This document shows positions 35,601 through 64,000 of a stretch of DNA of 64,000 nt, piece after piece. Each line of letters starts with the position of its first letter. Position 1 is the stretch's first letter. Location of the stretch: NCBI GenBank assembly GCA_002269645.1, contig NIVC01000014.1:1-64000 (forward strand). The letters are read 5' to 3'. The notes under the pieces were generated by a model that saw nothing but the letters and a program-made list of their open reading frames with translations, was not told the origin of the DNA and did no database searches. The translations under genes and the position numbers were made by a program. The stretch is from Macrostomum lignano (Eukaryota).

Positions 35601-38600
35601 TTGGGATTTTACCTGGCCTAAGATCTAGATTATGATTTTACCTGGCCTAGATCTAGATTGGGATTTTACCTGGCTTAGATCTAGATTGGGGATTTTAACT
35701 GGCCTAGATCTAGATTGGGATTTTACCTGGCCTAAGATCTAGATTATGATTTTACCTGGCCTAGATCTAGATTGGGATTTTACCTGGCCTAAGATCTAGA
35801 TTAGGATTTTACCTGGCCTAGATCTAGATTGGGATTTTACCTGGCCTATATCTAGATTAGGATTTTACCTGGCCTAGATCTAGATTGGGGATTTTACTTG
35901 GCCTAGATCTAGATTGGGATTTTACCTGGCCTAGATCTAGATTGGAATTTACCTAGCCTAGATCTAGATTGGGATTTTACTTGGCCTAGATCTAGATTGG
36001 GATTTTACCTGGCCTAGATCTAGATTGGATTTTACCTGGCCTAGATCTAGATTGGGATTTTACCTGACCTAGATCTAAGTTTGAACTTTATCATGGATTT
36101 TACCTAGGCGAAGACTTTACATGTACATAGCAAACTATATCAAGCAACAGAAGCTCATCCTACACTTACGATTTCAGCTTTACTTGCTTGCATTTTAGCT
36201 TCAGCTTCAGCTCGCAGCGCCTCCTTGTCGGCCTGTATCTCTGCCAGTTTCTCTTTGTGACTTTGAATACTGTCGCGACACTTGGTTAGCAGCTGTTCCA
36301 ATCGCACATTCTGCATTGAAAATTAGTCATTAGCTCGTATTAGTTAATAAACAATTAAAACAAACAATTTTTGTTTTGCTCAAGTCTCACCTTCTCTTGA
36401 GCCGCTTTCAAATTTTCTTCCATTTTTCGCTTTTCAGACGCCTCCTTCTCGTGACCATCCTTGATCTTGGCTTCCAGTTCTGGGGGAAGGTCTTTGCCCT
36501 CTTTTAGAAGGCTCACCTGACCGACGTTTTATCACCACGAGGTTAAAGAATTAAGCGTAAATAGAATGAATAAAGATTAACTATAGTTTAAAATACCATG
36601 AAATATTATCAACCTGTATCCAATTTCTATAGTGCAACTTGTTACAAATAAATGGTATATAAAATTAACAGGCAGTGCGTTTTGGGTTGAATAGCTCAAT
36701 TACATCTGTAAATACTAAGGCTAATAAAGTAAAATTCACTTTGTAAAAATATTGCATAACTTTCACTTTTCCCAACTTGCTTATGATTCATTAGCAAATA
36801 TTAATAATAGTCTGTAGCTATTATTAACAATAAGGGTATGATTAACTTAGGTTAACAATATAAAAAGTTCGATACCTCAGCCATCATCAGATTGCAGTCC
36901 TCCAGCTAACGGTGGTATTTTTTATTCATTTTTATCATTAAAATTTGAACTTTTCATGTTGTGTTTTTTAATTAAACAACCTTATTTTACATACACAATG
37001 CTTGTCACCGCGTTCCAGACAGCTGAGCTTATAGACTGAAGTCGAGGGCTTCAAAGTTGTAGCTTTTCTCTCCCTACCCTACCCCCAATTTGATAGCGGC
37101 CTCTGATTGGCTGGCATGCAGTTTCTGAACTTGACGATTCTTTTCTCTCCCTACCCTACCCAAATTCGATGTCAGCCTCTGATTTGCTGGCGTGCAGTTT
37201 CTAAACTAGATGACTCTTTCTTTTCTCTTCCTAACCCCACTTTGATGGCGGCCTCTGATTGGCTGGCGTGCAGTTTCTGAACTGACGACTCTTTCCTTTC
37301 TCTCCCTACCCTACCCCCTATTTGATTACGGCCTCTGATTGGCTGGCGTGCAGTTTCGGACCTTACCCTATTTCTCTCCCTGCCTCAATTTTAACGGAGA
37401 AACCAACAGAGCATTGTTTCAAACTCACCTGTATTTTGAGCACTTTATTAAGTTCATCTTTCTCCTCTAGCATTAAACTATAGTTCTGTTCTAAATCTCG
37501 TTTAGCCAATTGGTCCAACTCGATTTGCTCTTTGAGTTCGCTGATTCTTCTAAGGGACTTGTCCTGGAAATGTATTGAAAAAATTACATTATAAACACGG
37601 TTTTTTGGGACAATGTCTAATAGATTTTTATGGAAGCTCTTGATTAGTTAGCAAAAACCCAAATCTTACCTGATTAGTAGTCAAAGCTTTCTTCAGCTTC
37701 TCCTTCTCCGTATCCAGACTCCTGTGCGCCTCCATCAATTCATAGAACTTACTCTTGTACCGTTTAGCTAACGATTGAACGTGAAGGAATTTCTGAAACA
37801 ATTCCTGTTTCGTCATAACCTCAACGCCAGCAACCGAGGCTTCGGATTCCAGATCTGAAGGCGCCGGTGGCAACGATGGCAGCGGCGTGTGGGGCGATTT
37901 TGATGCAGCGGAAGCAGCCGCTGAAAAAAATGAAGCATCGCTAGCTATTGAGCTGCCGGACGATTGGCGCGATCTGATTGGTCGGCCGGAGGCTGAGGCC
38001 AGCGGCGCTTCCTGATTGGCTGCTGCGCCATTATCAGTTTCGCCCCCTGTCGCGGCTGGGTTTGGCGTCAGACGGCCCAGAGAATCTGTTGCCTGTGTGC
38101 ATTTGTTGATAGAATTCTTTTTTTTAAAATAAAAATATTGTACATAGCAAACTAGCAGTAATGTGCATTATTTTAGACTAGACTGCTATGTAAAGGTTAA
38201 TATAAAACCGAATATTTAGTACCAATAGATCACAGAAAATATTTTAAATATTTTATTTATTTACAATATTTTTCCTATGGATTATACCATAAGTAGATTC
38301 ATTAATAAATCTCTTTTTATTATTAAACTTTCTAAAAATATTCTGTAATCCTATATACTAAAACTTTTTGCTATAATTAGCTACCATAAAAAATCTTTTG
38401 CTTTTAAATAACTATATTTAGGTTATCTAATTTATAGATTAACCAGTCTTTTTGTAAAATGGAAAATCCAATTTAACTTTGAGTATTATATTAGTAGTTT
38501 AACTTTCTTGCCATTTAACACCTGTTCTTTAGTGATTATCATTTTTTCTAATGGATCTATCTACTTGAAATGAAGTACTAATAAATGGGATAGATAGATA

Positions 38601-40205
38601 TCATAGCAAACATCTTTCTTTGTGCTTTATTAATGTGCTTGATTAATAGATTTGCAAGAATTTTTACTCTTTGCTTATTGGGCATCCCAAAGGGGGATTC
38701 TAGATTGCTAGTAGATTCAATAGTTTTAGCTAAAAGCATATGATTGCAACATATTTAACAATAAGTCTTCAACTAATAACTATATTCTATACCAATAGAT
38801 AACTAATCTATACTTTTTTATCACTAAATATTAGTATAATAAATAGAAAAAATAAATATTATAGAATTGTGTCTACATCTAAACTAGAAAACTCTGATAT
38901 CTGGCTTCGCAAAATTTTTGGTTTTAGGATATATGCATCTTTCTGACTATGGATCCAATGCTATACCCTTTAACACATTGTCATTTTTGTGTACCACCTT
39001 TTAAGCATGTGCTACCCTTCTGGTGCACTACCCCTCTAGCATACCACCCTTTAGCCTCTCTAGTGCACCAATTCTTAGCCCTTTAGGTATACCATGCTAT
39101 ATTTGAGAGGTGCAACACTATACATCAAGTGCACTAGATCTTTTAGAAACACACTGGATAGCCATCTATAGTGTCACTTTTTCCAATAGGGATCTTTTTG
39201 TAAGAAGTAATATGCTACATATAGTAAATTAGCCATATACTTTAAATACTAGAAAAAATTCAGACAGCAACCACTGAGTAAATGGTCTACTATAAGTAAT
39301 GAGTAAAAAAATGGACCCCACTAAGCTATGTATTAATGCACATTTACTGTTAGAATACCAATACAAGTCTAAATTTAACTAATCATATGGTTTTGTACAT
39401 TTTAGAAAATACAAATTTAAAGCATTTGAATTTGTAATTCCAATAAATATATTATGGTTGACTATCTTCCTTTTGACTGTCACCTTTTTGATTATTACCT
39501 TTTTGATCTATTGCCATTTTAACCTGTAGCCTATAATATTTGAGTCTTTTGATTATATTTTCTTTTTATATATATTTATTTATAATTGACTAAATATTAT
39601 ACAAAAAATCTGACTAGGCCCTACAATTATAAAAAAAGTAAAAATAGCCTATTTGATTGCAAGACATTTTATTTAAAACTTTTTTTATATCATAGAATAG
39701 TAAACTCTTATCAATATGCTTATTTTTTAAAATATAATCAATAAATAAAATTAGGATAGACTACACTTCTTAATAATTTCTTATTTAGACCTATCACCTA
39801 TGTCAAAAATGTAGACTTATGCCTATGTTTATAACATAGCCTAATAGCCAATTATATACTACAAGAGCAAAATTTAGAAGATATGGAAAGGGAATGGCAG
39901 CCAACAGCCAGCTTTTGAGAATTGAGAAGACCACAAAAATTTGTAATGCCTAGAGAGAGTAGACCTAATTCCTTCCATGGTATAAGAACTATCCCAATAA
40001 TTTTTTTATCAAAATACAGGCCTACTTTCCTCCAACCCTTTTTAACTCCAGCATCATGTGACTAAATTTTAGCTGAGTCAATTCATTTATTAGGCAATAT
40101 AAATAAATCATCATAATTATTAGAGTCCAATCTTGTTGTAATAATATTACCAACCTTTTTTACTGTATTCGATTCTTCAATTTTCTGTTTCAGCCGCTGA
40201 AACAT
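23657..40205 (-). CDS. GOLGA4: Golgin-245/p230 orthologue (GRIP-domain golgin); 16 exons: 40205-40155, 38092-37670, 37563-37429, 36516-36391, 36311-36170, 35413-34937, 34035-33760, 33417-32986, 32558-32179, 31781-27941, 27154-26894, 25579-25434, 25347-25272, 24802-24596, 24118-24032, 23686-23657
   Basis: N-terminus MFQRLKQKIEE (GOLGA4 MFKKLKQKISEE). Conserved DKSLRRISELKEQIELDQLAK...KVLKIQVSLLK block. GRIP domain EYLRNVLFKYMLGEKTQTLAKVICTVLKF. Tail SWLALNRPT*. Junctions are phase-consistent except one extra base in exon 5 (near 36300). Confidence 0.92.
24190..24540. repeat. About 19-21 bp minisatellite ACTACTCCTGACAGTCAGA in GOLGA4 intron 14
   Basis: Direct reading. Confidence 0.85.
26000..26730. 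repeat. TCTACTCAA-based minisatellite in GOLGA4 intron 11
   Basis: Direct reading. Confidence 0.85.
27372..27728 (+). mobile_element. tRNA-derived SINE (family 1)
   Basis: Head GGCCGTAGCCTAGTGGT (A box) and GGCTCGATTCCC (B-box-like); body homologous to 56491-56853; A-rich tail. Confidence 0.75.
30557..31312 (-). repeat. Coding VNTR, 84 bp x 9 (EEWKTKCQEMENSIQT(H/N)ESESGQLKSEL) in GOLGA4 exon 10
   Basis: Near-identical in-frame units of 28 aa (4 heptads). Confidence 0.95.
31804..32110. repeat. 45 bp minisatellite containing the palindrome ATTATCGATAAT, GOLGA4 intron 9
   Basis: About 7 copies with period 45. Confidence 0.9.
34240..34850. repeat. CT-rich minisatellite (CTCTACTTCTCTCCCCCA), GOLGA4 intron 6
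   Basis: Direct reading. Confidence 0.85.
35455..36080. repeat. 28-29 bp minisatellite GGGATTTTACCTGGCCTAGATCTAGATT, GOLGA4 intron 5
   Basis: About 21 copies; contains the palindrome CTAGATCTAG. Confidence 0.9.
37070..37380. repeat. Degenerate repeat of about 80 bp x 4 (CCTCTGATTGGCTGGCGTGCAGTTTC), GOLGA4 intron 3
   Basis: Four diverged copies. Confidence 0.75.
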
Positions 40206-41818
40206 TTAGGCTAACGATAATGTATCGATGAGTCTTTTAAGCAAGGAGTTCTATTTAATCCTCAATCTTATACGACATTAGGTGAGCTAGCTTACACAAC
40301 ATAAGGAAGCTTGATTAAAACTAGAGTATATTCTTTAAACTGCTGTTTTTGTTCAGCTTTGTATTTCGCAGTCTGGTACTAGGGAAAGATTATTTTGAGT
40401 AAAAAAGATCTACGAATGAAACAGCCTAATATAAAAACTATAAGGATTTTAAGGTCACTGAATCTCTTACGCTTCGTCAAGAATTGTTATTAATTTGATA
40501 AATTAAGCAAAAAATTAAGTCACATCATTTCATTTTGAACTTGTTCCATCTACATATTCACAGAAGAGAGACATCAAACATGCTTTAAAATATAATTATT
40601 AGTAAAATATACATTTTATAGCGTTTAAACTACAGAAAAACAGAAAAATCCTATCTTTAAGGTCTTGAATTGCACTAAATACTGTTGTATTCGTTTTCTA
40701 CTTTTTGACGTAACAAAGCCGTCACACTTTATGGTCCCTCGCCGCGTGTATACATTCGTACAAGTGATGGGTAATGAATATGATGGCCTGCGCAGAGACA
40801 GAGCCTTAGTTGAAAATCAGTCATCATTTACATTGAAGACAAACAAGGTCAGCAGTGTGTGCCACGTCAACCAAGTTACTGCTTGTTCGAGCAAGTTTTT
40901 AGCAAAGGCTCGATCGGTGTTGTAAAACATGTAACGGTCTCATTCTTACAGTCTCATCTACCGGGTTCAATGAAATGCGCCGTACTTTTTCCCGATTGAC
41001 AGGTCATGCACGCAGCGGCAAAGAAGCACGGCTTAATAAATGGCGGCGTAAATATATATATGGCTGCATGTGCATGTGGCATTACATGATACACTGTACA
41101 TCTATGTATTTAAATATTCACTTCTTCAAGACAGAACGAATTTAATTATTCCACTAAATCGAAACTAAAATTTCCTGAATCACTACACAAGTTGTCAAGG
41201 CTGGTCGCCTTCCTATTTACAAGAACTATATACATGTATTTTTTTATTTGAATATATATAACAGCTACTCAAAACAGGGGATCAGTAGCCCATACATGTA
41301 TATTTTTGGTTTTTTTTGCGGACAGGTCTCTTGGAAGGCGCCTGTAAGAACTTTGACAAGCCGTGTGATTTTGTTTCGGATCGATACCGATAGCAAAATT
41401 CCTATAATTACGAGTCAATGCCGATGGGTGAATTTATATTAAGTCAATGGGGGGTTGGCGCGTGTATGGCTAGAGGGTTGAATGTACGCCGAGATAGAAA
41501 GAGGCCAACCCCGCAATGCACACAAATAGTAAATACAACACAGAGCTGCTAAGGCGCAATCCTACAGCGCCGTTCTGGGGACTTTAGCACAAAAACTAGC
41601 AATCTACGCCCCCCGTTGGGGAGCCAAAGAAATGCAATACACGTTTTTTTAATAAGCTACATGTATCCTTGAAATCTTAAAAAATCTCCTGTCAAACCTT
41701 GTAAGCCTTGACATGTCAGTAATTCCCCCCACAAGCTTTAACATATCAACTTCCCCCCTTGACATCTCAGCAATGCCCCCAATAAGCCTTGGAAATCTAA
41801 AAAATATCTGTCAACCTT

Positions 41819-41874
41819 CTAACCCTAACCCTAGCCTAACCCTAACCCTAACCCTAACCCTAACCTAACCCTAA
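41819..41874. repeat. Interstitial telomere-like (CCCTAA)n / (TTAGGG)n tract
   Basis: About 9 units with two variants. Confidence 0.85.
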
Positions 41875-41984
41875 AGCATTGAAATTTCAGTAATTCTCTC
41901 TAAGAGTCATTATAGCACTACTACAGCATACACGGTAACAGTAGAGCAGCTAGGTGCGTCAAATCTCGCGTCGCAAAGCCTAAG

Positions 41985-43714
41985 AGCAGACGAAGTCCGC
42001 CCCGGCCGTTGGCAGTGTCGGGCGCCCCGCCCCCCCCCCCCCGCAGCGTCGCGTGGGAGACAGCCCTTGTATCGAGATCAACAAGTGTAGGGCTGACCCC
42101 GCCTGAACGGACCCTGCATGGTGAGCAGCAGGACGTCCTGAACAGGTTGGGGGCAGTAGCCCTCGGCCCGGACCCGGATCACGTAGCCCGCCAGTTAAAG
42201 TCGCTGCCGGCGCAGGATGATGATGAACGGGCGCTGCAGCTTGGCCCGATCGTACAGGGCCTCGGTTCCGACGCTCCCCGTTAGCTCGAAAGGCCGCACG
42301 GAGCAGCCCTGAGTGCGCCGAGTCCAGCTGCCGCTCCAGCGTAGCCGTCATGCAGCGTCCATGTCTCGGCGTTATATATATACCAGGACGGTTTCGACCA
42401 CCGCCTGCCACAGCCGAGCCCTCTGCGGTCGGGAGGCGCTTCGGACTGGAGGCTGGCCCGGATCGAACCGAAGGCCGCCCAGGCGCAGGCAGCGGCAGGC
42501 TGGCAGGCAGAGGACCTGCAGGCAGCGGCGACGCGGGTTCATTCACCATGCCGGCGAAGAAGTCGCGCAATTCATTCCTGCGCTCCTCGGGCGTGTCGCT
42601 GGCCAGATTCAGCGCCACGCGTTTTTGCGCCCCGTCAGAGTCCTGACGGCCGTCCACACTGCACGGCTTTTCACGTCGGGGCCGGCTGCAGTGATGGACC
42701 GGACGGTGTCGTCGACAGCGGCCTGCTGCCGCTCATCTAAAAGGCGCTCAAACGCGTCTTCAGCGTCGCCCGTGGCCCGCCGGTTTCTGCGAAGTCGCTT
42801 GATGTTGAACCGCGCCTGCCTGATGGTCGGGTTGCTCTGCCAGACAGGCAGCGATTTCTGCGCTGGCCGCATCAGCGGGACCGTCTGCTCTGCAGCGGCT
42901 CTAACGGCGGTGCATACGATGGAATACTCCGCCTCGAGCTGGTCTGCAAGCGCGGACGAAGGCGCCCGCGAATTGACGCTTCACGCTGGTGTCCAACAGA
43001 GCGCTATAGTAGCGCCGTGGCTGTTGCTTTGGCCGTCGGTAGAGCTGGTCGCGGAGCCGCAAGTCGCAGAGCAGGAGTCGGTGGTCTAACCGGAGAGCCA
43101 GCGGAGCCATGGTGTCGCAGTTGGTGACGCGAGTGCGAACCAGCGCATGATTGAGTTGCGCCAGTTTCCTCGTGGCGTTCCGCCCGCGTGAGTTCCGTCG
43201 CCTTCTCTTGCAGCCCACAAAAGTAACCAGGCGGGCAGGGGGCTTGCGGAACTGGGTGTTCGCGGACACCAGATCCAGCCGGTCAAGCAGATTCGAGCGC
43301 ACCGAGCACACGTACCGAGCGCATCGGTGTTGGCATTATCGCGTCCCGCGACAAAGGTCGAGCGTTCGGACCTCCGCGGTACTGTGTTCAGGTCTCCGAG
43401 CACCGCCAGCGTGTCGCAGTTTGGCACCTCTTCCAGCTGCCCAGCCAGGAAGTCGAAGAAGGCGCGAGCTCCTCAGGGTGAGCAGCGGTGGGTGTATACG
43501 CGCAGAACAGACGGATGCAGCGGGCGCGCGGGCGCAGGTGGACTCGTGTCAGTCGCGGGGACAGCGAAGCGCAGTGCACGCTCTGCCGAAGGCGCAGTCC
43601 GATCAGCATGCCGACACCGCCTTGGCCGCGGTCGTCTGCCGACGTGTACAGGAGGCTCCTGCCAGCTCCGAGGTCCTGAGAGTGGAGCCCCGGCTCAGCC
43701 ATGCAGGGGCTTTA
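41985..43714 (-). mobile_element. Degenerate RTE-type non-LTR retrotransposon: AP endonuclease, linker and C-terminal region; RT core apparently absent
   Basis: APE motifs GQGGVG, LFCAYTPT, AVLGDLN, QLNHALVR and LDHRLLLCDL; post-RT motif (V)[12 protein letters not shown]...LDSAHSGLLRAA; many frameshifts. Confidence 0.75.
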
Positions 43715-44151
43715 GCCAGCACCAGGGGCGCCAGCACCAGGGGCGCCAGCACCAGGGGCGCCAGCACCAGGGGCGCCAGCACCAGGGGCGCCAGCACCAG
43801 GGGCGCCAGCACCAGGGGCGCCAGCACCAGGGGCGCCAGCACCAGGGGCGCCAGCACCAGGGGCGCCAGCACCAGGGGCGCCAGCACCAGGGGCGCCAGC
43901 ACCAGGGGCGCCAGCACCAGGGGCGCCAGCACCAGGGGCGCCAGCACCAGGGGCGCCAGCACCAGGGGCGCCAGCACCAGGGGCGCCAGCACAAGGGGCG
44001 CCAGCACCAGGGGCGCCAGCACCAGGGGCGCCAGCACCAGGGGCGCCAGCACCAGGGGCGCCAGCACCAGGGGCGCCAGCACCAGGGGCGCCAGCACCAG
44101 GGGCGCCAGCACCAGGGGCGCCAGCACCAGGGGCGCCAGCACCAGGGGCGC
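43715..44151. repeat. 15 bp GC-rich minisatellite GCCAGCACCAGGGGC x about 29
   Basis: Nearly perfect array (one variant near 43993) abutting the 5' end of the RTE fragment. Confidence 0.95.
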
Positions 44152-44758
44152 TATCTTGTTACCAATCTAGATCGTACTAAAAGGAGGATCGAAGGCGATC
44201 CTTAGCTCTCTCATGGCTCCGCCCTGCAGGCATCCCAGTAATCTATTGAAATAAACTTGAAACCAAATTTCGAAGCAATAAAAGCCTCCAAGTCAATATT
44301 CGAGTTCGCTAAATTGCTTAAATGTTTATTCCGCAGTGGCTCATGAGGTACGTGATGTTAGGATACGGTCTCCTCTCGATTCAAGCGTCAGACACAGCAG
44401 GACAACGAACATTTAAAGTAATGTTCGATTCACACCAAAATTTCTGGCATATTGAAATGCGACTTGATTCTCATGCTTTTCGTGGGAATGCAGGCAGCTC
44501 TGATGCCATCTCTCAGGAGTCTCCTTATCTCAGTCGTTTATTTCGTTCTTTCGGGGTTGCTGCACTTGTTTGACAGTCCTTGGTCCCAAGAGAGTCAGTC
44601 TAGCCGCTTTATCTCTGCTTGAAATTTAGATTCTATTTAAAACCCGTGCAAAGACCCACATACGAGACAGGTTAGACAATTTCTGTTTTCAGCAGTCAAC
44701 AGTTGAATACGCTAGAATTTCTCTTTTCTCGTTCGTATGCCTGGAAATCGAACGTGAC

Positions 44759-63559
<18,801 letters not shown>

Positions 63560-63564
63560 GTGAG

Positions 63565-63878
63565 CACTTCCCTCTCTTCCCCATCACTTCTCACTTCCCC
63601 ATCTCCCCTCACTTCCCTTTCACCTCTCACTTCCCTATCTCCCCTCACTTCCCCATCTCCCCTCACTTCCCCATCTCCCCTCACTTCCCCATCTCCCCTC
63701 ACTTCCCCATCTCCCCTCACTTCCCCATCTCCCCTCACTTCCCCATCTCCCCTCACTTCCCCATCTCCCCTCACTTCCCCATCTCCCCTCACTTCCCCAT
63801 CTCCCCTCACTTCTCCATCTCCCCTCACTTCCCCATCTCCCCTCACTTCCCTATCTCCCCTCACTTCCCCATCTCCTC
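63565..63878. repeat. 18 bp minisatellite CTCACTTCCCCATCTCCC
   Basis: About 17 copies directly after the HELPHELG exon donor. Confidence 0.92.
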
Positions 63879-63879
63879 G

Positions 63880-64000
63880 CCTCGAGCGAGTCTGTCAGCG
63901 TCCAGGTCTCGGCGTTGTATAACAGGACGGTCTCGATCACCGCCTGGAACAGCGCCGCCCTCTGGCGGTCCGGTAGGGCCTCGGACTGCAGGACTGACCT
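63880..64000 (-). mobile_element. RTE-type LINE fragment (same family as 49935-50870), cut by the window edge
   Basis: Minus strand encodes [37 protein letters not shown]. Confidence 0.8.

Overview
This is eukaryotic (metazoan) genomic DNA with spliceosomal GT-AG introns, GC-rich exons and minisatellite-filled introns. The overall style resembles the flatworm Macrostomum lignano, but that is inference and cannot be shown from the sequence. Genes reconstructed by hand: (1) the 3' end of a KDEL receptor gene (+); (2) HADHB, 3 exons (+); (3) an EHBP1-family locus (+) with three tandem NT-C2/CH cassettes, best modelled as a short gene A (NT-C2, 18-aa repeats, CH) followed by gene B (NT-C2-CH-NT-C2-CH-bMERB-CaaX); (4) a 16-exon GOLGA4/golgin-245 orthologue with a GRIP domain (-); (5) a LIV-1 family ZIP zinc transporter (+) that runs off the window end. 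Most introns hold their own minisatellite. Mobile elements include non-autonomous DNA transposons with verifiable TIRs and TSDs (P-like, hAT, MULE-like), tRNA-derived SINEs and RTE-type LINE fragments, and there is a short interstitial (TTAGGG)n tract. Most long ORFs in the six-frame track are repeat artefacts. Single-base frameshifts in conserved exons suggest long-read indel errors. The most unusual signals are the multiplied NT-C2-CH architecture, an HADHB intron built from intron-shaped repeat units, and a golgin rod lengthened by nested heptad-phased repeats. Splice models are manual and unverified by transcript data.
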